From the IMG/VR virus record IMGVR_UViG_3300030104_003613: DNA of 64,000 nt; one strand, written 5' to 3'. Origin of the DNA: a virus. Both the position numbers and the translations under genes were made by a program. The notes beneath the pieces were generated by a model. The model saw only the letters and a program-made list of their open reading frames with translations, ran no database searches and was not told the origin of the DNA. Below are positions 58,101-63,849 of this stretch, in pieces. Position 1 is the stretch's first letter; each line of letters opens with the position of its first letter.

Positions 58101-58361
58101 GTTACTATCAACACTTGTCTTAATGGTTGTAGAGGCAAAGTCAATATCCTCTTGTAAGATTGTTCCTGTTTCTAGTTTGAACAATTCATCAGTCTTGACA
58201 TATTGATCAAGATTTTGAATTAAATCAAATGTACCACCTGGTATTTCTTGTGATTTATAATACTCCTCTAGAAAAGTAACGAGCAGAGGAAAATCATCCT
58301 TAACATACTCAGGAACTTGAGACGCAAGGACATTTTGGAATTTTACTCTATCTTGTGCCAT
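46107..58361 (-). CDS. gp7: Giant baseplate wedge initiator (4084 aa)
   Basis: QVPEYV..FP..FLEEYY, FYSSKGT..LFRALYG, HSPIIGWAYDGNPIYGP, YYQDLSY..HTAG; lies between gp6 and gp8. Confidence 0.85.
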   Translation of the reverse strand: MAQDRVKFQNVLASQVPEYVKDDFPLLVTFLEEYYKSQEIPGGTFDLIQNLDQYVKTDELFKLETGTILQEDIDFASTTIKTSVDSNFTYGFPDENGLIKIDDEIISYETKTDITFENCKRGFSGITSYIGPEPDKLVFETSLSTNHTKGAKIQNLNVLFLQQFFKKLKRQVVPGFQNRKLFDGLDERNFIFGSDSFYSSKGTDASVEILFRALYGKEAEVILPSKFLIRPSDADYRISKSFIVESYVGDPLGLHGKTLYQPIINFGNKGGVGRQGLGRGRGAMGTLSGINSINGSPELEKVVRGSVCNIERLNYDKGQYYQISVDFGYDRDSNVEGSIYGSFQPNPKTQLVNSVGVGATIIDVDSTVGFPDSGSLTVFSRNNDELKVSYTSKNDNQFIGISSSNIISEIADQTPVRYFNNAFAFVGIGTEDQIKVRITSTLKNLVLKDQTKSLRVGDTINVKSLGLPLTKIKSTNWFYNNKTEYDVSGIKVVDLSEAIYQIDLELAHFFKKGYAIRLISSDGVQRQGNITKVNSKKSFSVKLSSFIPTNKLTVPYTVTNLILKGSSSKFPQLNNSYANIQAVYNNFNEDVIVASNSLPNYSDTQLNPYNKTVKFSGQADANGVIQVTSTTDHGFFTGDSVFYKGSVVQNVITTPDGFQTITESENRFSNMEELVYFVKRLSSTRIQLAKSKSDLFSGKYILPSGAVQDNQLIFFDFYNKELKNQYLYRQFINPDNQSGVFDTEPGYTGMLINGAEILNFKSSKSVFYGKINSISIQNKGEGYDVINPPALNITDNLGVGVTGTISVSGSLERVDIVDTGYDYVDTPVVKITGGFPTRDALAEVNVSSVKHSVPFNAGAGSTNLRLNPNNTIGFSTFHKFRDNEKVIYKTEGTAPVTGLSTNSYYYVNVVDAFTVQLHPSELDAISGINTITMTGFSNNIHSIDSFERKRTVTNIVITDPGEGYKNNRRNINPAGIITALNCFSIDSHGYSTKDIIRYTPGDASISGLSSSTDYIVKSLNRDTIKLYEVGTGNTNRNYFFNNDIPVSIGSTGTGSLNYEPIHMLVEGTVGVNSLTNQDFTCRVTPVFRGSITSADVISKGVGYGSSTILNFNRQPNIAFESGTSAQLFPVVSDGKIIDVIIQNPGTGYNSPPDLNIVGVGSFCKLTPVIDNGSFVSVNVISGGIGYNQGNIRINVVPSGGGATAEANINEWNIDVFANDFNNIGDDDGFIEDNIDSTCLQYSHVYAPRKLREAVESIDPNGSSIHGSPDLVKENGIEVSADEHSPIIGWAYDGNPIYGPFGYSNGTGGAVKQMISGYELVTSQAQRPPVAVFGAGFFVEDYVYRGTGDLDEHNGRTCVTPDFPNGVYAYFATFDSRVDTSGPFDKFKRPVFPYLVGPSFKSKPNNFNFRKSSNQLEYSIGNEDYLRNTRFYNLDGLKGDYKYIFNPNKVAPPTLEINAASSGSIDNIGIVTGGTNYKVGDKIFFDSDGGGGFSARASVKEVTGKPVHSVSIATTTVSNIEFIPYLSRQQYIGMSSAPHGFSNDDVLTFNSQSEYFNQLEGKYRIGVTTSNFVLTEAIGNISVTGINTFIPVSGPTRYPSLVINDILQIGEEKVKVLNIEPNRLRVARGQDGTTSAAHTATTAISNDPRRFSISVGSASTTKILNFNKELYFTPSECVGIGSTTGTGIGVTLTISNPGAGVTQVFVQPRSIFLPNHGLRLNDKLRYNINGGSSITYWNGIAGSATTSLTGISTLFAVPLTLDTVGISSNLVGLNTIGKYVGISTTASLLYLVGIGTGDNHSFKTDLTNVLTSSASRNSVIVSTAGTHGLSYLDKVNFDLKPTNTVNVKVLYNDYNRRIVFDPVDFVAGDVDLVQNTIAFSNNPFKTGDRVIHTATSPSGGLVDQGVYFVYLYSETRIKFVHNKSDLKLVSPPFVNLTSTSSGTLSRINPFINTNKKNILHFDLSDPSLSFVSNGVRYPAFEMEIFRDPQFNNRFLTTGLDDTFEVLSSGQPGITTTANLRIRVTENIPTSLWYRFNTINNSIIPSVKSGLIIDNDVKAYNQIDVVKTEIDGLVTLSGIGLTTFTYVVTDTPNIVSYGSTNCEASYSTPSTNAFGPINSVKIIDNGYGYKSVPSISSIRSGLGTGGLVEATSDQIGKLLDARFVSNNIGFDYASDPTISAIAGIPEVLKLEPLSSFKSIGITSSGINYLTSPEILVFDGITDKQLDVILEYSLGDTEVKVLKNASNVYFVPPKFIPTNNSNGYSVSTLNYNSTSNIVRLSLSHQFSSNSEFPFEVGKNILVENISVGVGSTGSGFNSKNYNYTLFPVTGVNTNAGGSGAYVEYDLSTQLGSNGFPGNFNNDSLGKVIPESHFPIFEPTLSKNLFLKGERIVGDNFSGRAMSYDSNNELLKTSVNGVASRNDFVRGLTSGSIGIVQEVTVFDGEISIGAGATIYEGWQKDTGFLNNNLQRIPDNEYYQDLSYSISSEIDLDKWNDPVSALTHTAGYRKFADLQIYSTANTSESAIVSTEDSDIENLIDIISEGDLNCYQDFDIASERGEFIGDVYISNEVVFTNRILSDFLQSIGNRVLEIDDISDQFNSNARTTPFEVVASYGSNYCYNKIFTYVRDRTFTDERQFAVVSVLQDNSIGYISQYASIESYPYLGYFDYITTGTGWNLLFFPVKFENNVYDVSSSAISILSDLSDTGLDAYGDVAYTVGGYQAIPASTKTTIVSFGTTYRAAKIIALFDGVNDQKYGTELNIVHDGTDCYQMETNAISENQGLTGVGFGTFDSTISGSNVIVEFTPDASIGFAMTCTTGTILISDSNTTTGNEFLNVSKVGSSYSTIAASGSPSANIVASYDSPIESAYYLFSVEDTTNNRYELFEFAALNSSSNECYVEWANLETGGHIGTVGVTTNATGGVNVVYTPEPSINVDVRSYFTELMVFDENLRSDVIDIENVQITADAESYQGTLLDVRTGFELKHDGLDIFRRVFDGSNTTVCNTTTNQIIIPNHFFNSGEAVEYGHPGAGTTMAIQIASTTFPGIGATSRLPQNVFVIKDSESAIRFAATAEDALRESPAAIDITSVGAGSSHTINTTKQNTKAILAIDNIIQSPIAETDITTQLDQDVIFDTVFNTTGLTSFTAGDIIKVGDEFMKVDGIGVGNTIAVVVERAQLGSVIASHTAGDTVTKFTGNYNITNNSLNFVEAPFGNNPLSTTTGNPNERDWTGITTSSMFQGRTFMKRAAVGSTNETYHLNNVFDDITDRFTGVGKTYTLTSGGANVSGIDTSAVVLINGIYQLNQGVQAFKGDYNIEESVGVSSIVFTGESVNQGYDPNKSSLPVGGRFISVGSTGGFGYQPLVAAGGTAVVSGLGTIQSISIGNSGSGYRAGINTVVNVGVQTYSGVLPNLVNIGTATIQGGNIVSVAITNPGSGYTSTNPPVVVFDDPLSYYNVPVVYSSSSPSQTGAEATVDIVVGQGSSVIDFELNNQGYGYREGDILTVNVGGLTGIPTNTSLTFDEFQITIDSVYSDQFNGWSVGEFQVFDRFDGEFDGVNKSFRLLLNENPVSIKAAAGSNIEVEQTLLVFINDVLQKPNEGYKFEGGSVITFTEAPKGPVGTALTGDTSKILFYKGSGDVDVILTDVEETIKVGDTIQLNNDPSRGQGESLQQDPRTVVGINTLDTVETNAYVRPGVTTDQTVVRPLTWCKQTVDKIINGDEIGKDRVSYEPSIFPASYIIQNVGLTTTTIHVDSVKPIYDAQNEQNLRGFQNRISLNSQDAPIGASVTAIVENDGRILSFGITENGYGYAGFSTVSIFVSNPESGISSRAIGIGTMTSDGRLLSAGIINPGSGYTHSDPPICLIETPKLIEENMTVSSYIGDNGIIVGFGTTTFTAGLGTQTQVIFDFFIPGDSYLRDSDLVGTAQTISGISTGDYYTVTRSNIGLGTPAAGTLDSLYNDNSTILGITTSFCDTVYQVENVTTIDVNVVGVGTTSVRRVFSNVGNISTVTAGGNLITFDQTDFTFDGQVFTIYQGGISSSFNFGRFSWGKINVSRNIEPGTFNFYGEDGITGLSTSAVVTRLNPLKFNNYV

Positions 58362-58367
58362 TTGATA

Positions 58368-60506
58368 TTAATAACCGGAGGAGGATCCTGAACTAGAAGA
58401 TGACGAAGATGGTGGGGTATATGATGTGCGTGGTACGGACGGTGTGGAAGTTGTTGTAGTCGTGCTTACTGTGGTTGAGGCAGCAACGGTCGGTGAAGGA
58501 GTGGTTTGAGCGGTCGATGCTCCTCCATTCTCACCCCCTACAAGAACAGGCACACCACGAACTAAAGCATTTCCATCAAAACTTGGAGACACAATATAGT
58601 TCGTTCCAGATACATCAGTTTTGGAATCAATCTGATCTATAACAGTATTTACACTTGTATAATTAAGGTCTAATTGAAGATAAAGATCTTGAAGACCAAT
58701 AACGTCGTTTGAGTAAGGAATAGCAGAAATTTCAATGATGGGAGTAGTTCCCTTTGTGAGAACTGTTGAAACAATCTTAACTGGGTTCAACATAATCTCA
58801 CCAATCTTATAATTTATGACTCCAATATTTCTCTTTACAATCACTGGTTGACGTGGAGAATTTAATTTGAAGAAGAACAAGCTTCCTGTTTCCATATCTG
58901 CGTTTGGAATATCGCCAATGTATACAGTATCAGCAACACCACTGATTTTGAATCCCGAGGATCTAACGTTGAATCCAACCATCCCACCTTCTGCGACAGA
59001 ACGGCAATGATTCTTGAGGCGGAATCTGTTTCCAAAACACAACTCATATTCGCCAAACTGGTTTAATTTTGGTTCTAAATCTCTTCTAACCTGAACATTG
59101 GTAATGTTTGATGTAATCGCAGGATTAGACTTATCAATAACACCCTGATACTTACTATACTTAAAACGTCCACCAAACTTGTTTAATTCAGTTGAATCAG
59201 AGTATCTACCAATCGCTGCTAGGGCATCATCCTTGACGGGGTTAGAGATGCTTCCATCACCCCCTAACTGCATTGGCGTCAGATTACTGTCATAGTATAC
59301 ATTCGATTCTGCTTCAACATAAAGGAATGAAAGGTCAATTATATCAGTCATGATGCCTGCCACCTTATACTTGGCAAGTTCAGAGCGAAGATTATCCTTC
59401 AAACAGTTTGAAAGGAATACACCATTGATAGGTTTAATGCTGATGAATACCTTACCATATTGTGGAGGATTCAATTCCTCACCACCATATGCCGATACAG
59501 ACTCTGCTTCAGAATAGATTTTAGGAATCAGTGCCTCATAGTCGGCAGCAGTGACTGCCCTGTTCTGTGAGGCATAGACTTGAGGTCCATACTTTTTAAC
59601 AGAATCAACAGATTCAATTACAGAACCACCTGCTGATGGTCCACCAACAGTCATGAATGAGAAACCCTTCGTAACTGGTGTGCCATTGTTAGTAACAACT
59701 GAACCAGCAAACGTTACGTTATCGATGTTATTACCAGACGACCCACTTGTAACAATATATCCAATATCTACTTGATTAGGTTCTTCTAATTTCTTCGCAA
59801 TGATACCATCACCAAAGAGTAGTTCATAACGCTCTCCATCAATCTCCTGGATGAAGAATATACGGGTTTCCGGTCCAACACCTATCAGACTGTTATACTG
59901 CTTGTATGAGGACTTTACAGTGGACGTAGCGGACTCGTTTACTGTGACATTGATAGTTGTCGTATCAACGCCTGTATTAGGTAAAATATATTTTTGATCA
60001 GGATTTCTTGAACTTACAGTATATGACTGCTCAAGATATGAACCTTCATATAGGATAATGTCAAAGAACTCTGCGACACCGTTAGCACCAACAGGAACTG
60101 TAATATCCTGTGGAATTGAGAACACAAAATCAGTATTGCCGAAACGCTGGGATGTAACAGCTGCTAAACCCTTCTTGAGCGTTACAGAGGCAACATTAGT
60201 AAGGTTTGATACCGTAAACGATGCAGACAGTCTTGCTGCTCTTCTAGAACGTGGTAGGTATCCAATATTTCTCGCTAGTGATACGACATTCTCTCGTAAC
60301 GTCGCACTATCAATGAACACCTCATTCGTCACCATATTGGCGTTGTATGAGTTGATATATGTGTTATATGCTAATGTATCAATGATTGTCGAAAGGTTTG
60401 ACCCTTCAAAATCATAATCGGTGAAATTAGAGTTCGCACGAATATAGTCCTTGATGGACGTTTTAATCTGATCGAAGTCTAGGTTGCTGAAATTGACTAG
60501 TGGCAT
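58368..60506 (-). CDS. gp6: Baseplate wedge subunit
   Basis: LDFDQIK, FTDYDFEGSNL, SATLRENVVSLA, QNRAVT..DY, YGKVFISIKP. Confidence 0.96.
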   Translation of the reverse strand: MPLVNFSNLDFDQIKTSIKDYIRANSNFTDYDFEGSNLSTIIDTLAYNTYINSYNANMVTNEVFIDSATLRENVVSLARNIGYLPRSRRAARLSASFTVSNLTNVASVTLKKGLAAVTSQRFGNTDFVFSIPQDITVPVGANGVAEFFDIILYEGSYLEQSYTVSSRNPDQKYILPNTGVDTTTINVTVNESATSTVKSSYKQYNSLIGVGPETRIFFIQEIDGERYELLFGDGIIAKKLEEPNQVDIGYIVTSGSSGNNIDNVTFAGSVVTNNGTPVTKGFSFMTVGGPSAGGSVIESVDSVKKYGPQVYASQNRAVTAADYEALIPKIYSEAESVSAYGGEELNPPQYGKVFISIKPINGVFLSNCLKDNLRSELAKYKVAGIMTDIIDLSFLYVEAESNVYYDSNLTPMQLGGDGSISNPVKDDALAAIGRYSDSTELNKFGGRFKYSKYQGVIDKSNPAITSNITNVQVRRDLEPKLNQFGEYELCFGNRFRLKNHCRSVAEGGMVGFNVRSSGFKISGVADTVYIGDIPNADMETGSLFFFKLNSPRQPVIVKRNIGVINYKIGEIMLNPVKIVSTVLTKGTTPIIEISAIPYSNDVIGLQDLYLQLDLNYTSVNTVIDQIDSKTDVSGTNYIVSPSFDGNALVRGVPVLVGGENGGASTAQTTPSPTVAASTTVSTTTTTSTPSVPRTSYTPPSSSSSSSGSSSGY

Positions 60507-60507
60507 C

Positions 60508-60912
60508 TTACCTAGTAGGAACTAATGCTATCTTGATTTCTTGTACGTCCAGAGGAAGTCCAACGATATAATATTTAATCAAAACATCGAACCTATGCCC
60601 TTCAGCATTTGGTTTCACAATCACCTCATTCAGTTCTATCCTAGGTTCAAAATTATCAAGCGTAGTTTCAATTTCACTTTTAATACTACTAGCAGTAATA
60701 TTATCAAGTGGATTGAACAATAGTGCTGTTACATTTGAACCAAGAATAGGATTGAAAGGTCTTTCGCCAGGAATAGTCAAGATAAGATTACGAACTGATC
60801 TTGCAATGGCATTATAGTTCACAAGACCAATCAAATCCTTATTGATAGGATTGATCTTGAATGTAGCACTAATGTCCTTGAAACCCTTCGATCTCCTTTC
60901 TTGAACTGACAA
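60508..60912 (-). CDS. gp25: Baseplate wedge subunit
   Basis: FKDIS, SVRNLILT.PGERPF.P.LGS, FEPRI. Confidence 0.95.
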   Translation of the reverse strand: MSVQERRSKGFKDISATFKINPINKDLIGLVNYNAIARSVRNLILTIPGERPFNPILGSNVTALLFNPLDNITASSIKSEIETTLDNFEPRIELNEVIVKPNAEGHRFDVLIKYYIVGLPLDVQEIKIALVPTR

Positions 60913-60944
60913 ACTGATACAAGAATTCTACCTTATTTAGAACA

Positions 60945-61136
60945 CTAATCTTCAGTAAGTGTTACCTGTTGAGAACCACAAGTACAGATATGATCAGGAT
61001 CAGAACAATCGCTTGTTTCAAAAAGACCATCAGTGTTAACCTTTCTCTTATTTCTTGGCGTTTGATTATCGTTATTAATCTCACGAAGCATCTTCTGATG
61101 CTGATCGTTTGCCAAATTATCTAGAAAGTCATTCAT
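60945..61136 (-). CDS. Small hypothetical protein with a C-terminal Cys/His cluster
   Basis: MNDFLDNLAN...CSDPDHICTC; ATGA overlap with the upstream gene. Confidence 0.65.
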   Translation of the reverse strand: MNDFLDNLANDQHQKMLREINNDNQTPRNKRKVNTDGLFETSDCSDPDHICTCGSQQVTLTED

Positions 61137-61792
61137 AATCCTGGAATGCGAGTGAGCGGTTCATTATCTAGTTGAGTTACCTCATACATGTAATCATCAC
61201 TGGTTTCAATCGTCCGGCGTCCTTCTACAGCATAGACGGTCAGATCAATCTCATAACCAGGGTTCTTTGTAATTCGTTCAAATGTCCAGGCATCATCATA
61301 CCAGATAATACGATTGTTCGGATAGGCATAGTAGTTACCATTCTCCATCTTAAAAAGGTGGGCACACTTATGCTCCGGTGTCTCCGAATAGTTCAGGTCA
61401 GGCATACCCTTATTCTCCCATGACCAGTCCATGGTGAACATATAATTACCAATTGCTTTCTTACCATCAGGACGAATTAACTCTGCCTTCAATCCTGCTA
61501 ACCTATGGCGTCTCTGAACGTCCACATAAGGCGAAAAGCAGTCCCAGTACATTGTGTCTTCTAACGGTTCTATTTCCGCATCAGGACGCCAACAGAACGC
61601 ATGTAATGGTCTCCGTGTCCAATTCACCCCATTCTCCAGGAATGCTTCAAACAGGGGAGTTCTTTTTTCAATACTCGCAACCGAATGGACATCACAACGA
61701 GTTACCTCGCCATGACCCTTCTTATGATTAAACAGAAACTCATTACGAATATAACAAGACCAATCAGGTAAACTATGATTTAAGTAAGCCAT
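61133..61792 (-). CDS. Conserved phage hypothetical protein
   Basis: ATG 61792 (TAATG overlap); MAYLNHSLP...WDCFS...EHKCAH...YPNNRIIW. Confidence 0.8.
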   Translation of the reverse strand: MAYLNHSLPDWSCYIRNEFLFNHKKGHGEVTRCDVHSVASIEKRTPLFEAFLENGVNWTRRPLHAFCWRPDAEIEPLEDTMYWDCFSPYVDVQRRHRLAGLKAELIRPDGKKAIGNYMFTMDWSWENKGMPDLNYSETPEHKCAHLFKMENGNYYAYPNNRIIWYDDAWTFERITKNPGYEIDLTVYAVEGRRTIETSDDYMYEVTQLDNEPLTRIPGL

Positions 61793-62274
61793 TAGTGCCA
61801 AATAACGTGATTGTTTTTAAATTTAAAAGTTTTGGTTACATCTGCAACCTCATACCCTTGAAGTTGTTTCTTATAGGGCATCGCAGGACCGAGATAATAA
61901 TAATCATATCCCAGTCTTTTGTAACGTGCGATTTCACTTCTGACAGATTTATTACCTATCCTTAATTCAGGATTAAGATAGTCCCAAGCGAAATAACTGG
62001 TATACAGTGAATTTACACTTGGTAGTTTCCAGATAACAGAGAATGCACAGAGACGATTGTCCTTATCAGTATAACCTATTCTTTCAGCAATATCAAGTGA
62101 AAACTCCTCCTTGAAGAGGGGAATCATATCACCAAATTGTTTGTATTGACAATACTTGATATAGATCTGAACACACTCCTCATATGCATCAGGTTCTAAT
62201 AAAACATAATTTGTCTCCTTGTAGTTCGTATCTTTAAGACGAATCCTACAATCACACTCCATCTCATTAAGCAT
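61792..62274 (-). CDS. ATE/Bpt-like aminoacyl-tRNA-protein transferase (GNAT-like ATE_C domain)
   Basis: ATG 62274 (TAATG overlap). RLCAFSV..SLYTSYFAWD..LRIG..EIARYKRLGYDYYYLG..YKKQ aligns by eye with the ATE_C pattern (L.AV..D..LS.VY.F.D....LG....EI..A...G..Y.YLG..YK). Confidence 0.7.
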   Translation of the reverse strand: MLNEMECDCRIRLKDTNYKETNYVLLEPDAYEECVQIYIKYCQYKQFGDMIPLFKEEFSLDIAERIGYTDKDNRLCAFSVIWKLPSVNSLYTSYFAWDYLNPELRIGNKSVRSEIARYKRLGYDYYYLGPAMPYKKQLQGYEVADVTKTFKFKNNHVIWH

Positions 62275-62651
62275 TACCAATCCCTCTCATAAGGAGGATA
62301 GAATTGAGTCAGTTCTTCCTTTGCCCTAATATCATCCATAGCGAATAGATCATATGTTGACTTATCAAAGTATACATTAGGTGTACGAGAATGATTCACA
62401 TAGTACGCGATATCAATACGATTAATATCACAATCAATGTAAAACCCCTCATCATCATGTTGACAAAGGGATCTTAACTGCTTATGAGCAGATGAATCAA
62501 CTTCCGTCCATAAGACCTTTCTATCAATTGGTCCTTTAGATTCCGGGAAGATAATTGTATCCTTGGGGATATCCACCAAAGAGAAAACACCCACCCCGTC
62601 ACAGATTTTACTCGGTGCGAGATAGGTGTAAAGCATCCTATCGTATATCAT
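62274..62651 (-). CDS. SET-domain protein lysine methyltransferase
   Basis: SKICDGVGVFS..DIPKDT (motif I), YYVNHSRTPN (NHS motif), A.DDI...EELTQFY (ELxxxY). Confidence 0.9.
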   Translation of the reverse strand: MIYDRMLYTYLAPSKICDGVGVFSLVDIPKDTIIFPESKGPIDRKVLWTEVDSSAHKQLRSLCQHDDEGFYIDCDINRIDIAYYVNHSRTPNVYFDKSTYDLFAMDDIRAKEELTQFYPPYERDW

Positions 62652-62797
62652 CCCCTACCCTGACCCCTATAACGCTTCTTGGCGTTATTACCACTGGACG
62701 CGGAATATTTGGTATTGCGTCCACTACCCTGTCGAGTGTTCTTGGGTTGACTATCAATCAACTGCTGTCCAAACTTACCAGTCTTGATTTTTGCCAT
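62648..62797 (-). CDS. Small basic peptide (49 aa)
   Basis: Translated by hand; AGAGGA SD; MAKIKTGKFGQQLIDSQPKNTRQGSGRNTKYSASSGNNAKKRYRGQGRG; ATGA overlap with the SET gene. Confidence 0.8.
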   Translation of the reverse strand: MAKIKTGKFGQQLIDSQPKNTRQGSGRNTKYSASSGNNAKKRYRGQGRG

Positions 62798-62816
62798 TTT
62801 TTGTTCCTCTTAATTA

Positions 62817-63608
62817 TCAGATAACACGGGTTTTCTCGTGACCCACACGAATCCTTGGATCACACCAGATCTCATAACCCGCCTCAATAGCATCTAAACA
62901 GAATGAGACATCCTCACCACACATGTCCTGTACCGCACCAGATTCAAAGACCTGCATTTTTGGAGCGAACCATGGGTACTTCATCTTGGGATGTTCAAAC
63001 ACACCATTCTGAATCATCACCCATCCAAAACCCGTGTAGTCAACAGTGAATGGTTTCTTACGCTTACTGATACCATCAACCATCTCATGATTCATGACAC
63101 CACCATTATTACGGAAGTCATCCTCTTCCAACCAGTGTGCTACTGATGTCGTGCGACCATCCTCTGTAGAATACCACCCACCGACAATCTCGCGTTCTGT
63201 GCCGTCCGCAGTAATTGCCATATCGCACAATTGCCAGAACTTCTCTGTATTGAAGATAATATCACTATCAATCCACAACTGATAATCATACTTCAACTTT
63301 CCGTCCCATGGCAACTGATCAGGTCCACGCAGTACATTCGCACCCAAACACTTACAACGTGCGAAGTTCACCATAGAACTATAGTCCTGTGAGATCTGAA
63401 TACTCATTCCATTCTGAACCAAGTCAAAACAAAGTTGAACGAAATTCTTCATGAAAACATATGAACATCCTCTCCCAGGCAAACAGAAGACAATCGCCTT
63501 CCCTTTCATCCTTGCTTTAATTGCCTCGTAATCCCATTCTGCTTTTGCTTCGCCAGACGCAGATGCCTTTACGGGCGTCTTTGCTTTCACTGTAAATCCT
63601 TTTGCCAT
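62817..63608 (-). CDS. GT-A fold glycosyltransferase-like protein
   Basis: YDYQLWIDSD (DxD motif), TGFGWVMI, PWF, GEDVSFC, IWCDP.I.VGH. Confidence 0.8.
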   Translation of the reverse strand: MAKGFTVKAKTPVKASASGEAKAEWDYEAIKARMKGKAIVFCLPGRGCSYVFMKNFVQLCFDLVQNGMSIQISQDYSSMVNFARCKCLGANVLRGPDQLPWDGKLKYDYQLWIDSDIIFNTEKFWQLCDMAITADGTEREIVGGWYSTEDGRTTSVAHWLEEDDFRNNGGVMNHEMVDGISKRKKPFTVDYTGFGWVMIQNGVFEHPKMKYPWFAPKMQVFESGAVQDMCGEDVSFCLDAIEAGYEIWCDPRIRVGHEKTRVI

Positions 63609-63629
63609 AAGTCTGAGTAACTCAATTCA

Positions 63630-63658
63630 ATTATAACGTGTTATATAGTCCTTGTCAA
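63630..63658 (-). promoter_or_regulatory. Perfect sigma70 consensus promoter
   Basis: TTGACA(63658-63653)-17 nt-TATAAT(63635-63630), ending 21 nt upstream of the glycosyltransferase ATG. Confidence 0.88.
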
Positions 63659-63849
63659 TATGACGACTCCTCTGCGGAAGGGGCGGTTTGTTCGACCTCC
63701 TCATATGACAAATCCTCAACGTCATAATCAGTCTTCATTAGACCAACCATTCCATTGAGGACATTCCAAGTATCTTTAAACTGTTCTTCTGTTAAGTTAT
63801 TATATAAACATTCCCCCTTTGCGTATATGTGAAAAACCTTCTGGGGCAT
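63655..63849 (-). CDS. Small conserved hypothetical protein
   Basis: Likely ATG 63849: MPQKVFHIYAKGECLYNNL...SY. Confidence 0.65.
   Translation of the reverse strand: MPQKVFHIYAKGECLYNNLTEEQFKDTWNVLNGMVGLMKTDYDVEDLSYEEVEQTAPSAEESSY

Noticed and set aside
58368-58530. S/T-rich C-terminal tail of gp6 as a separate element
   Set aside because: It is a low-complexity in-frame extension with no independent signal, although it could be a glycosylation acceptor if the GT hypothesis holds.
65-63282. Numerous plus-strand and nested ORFs in the ORF track (for example 2346-3044, 11952-12419, 31188-31607)
   Set aside because: They are antisense or off-frame shadows of well-supported minus-strand genes, with no recognisable motifs.
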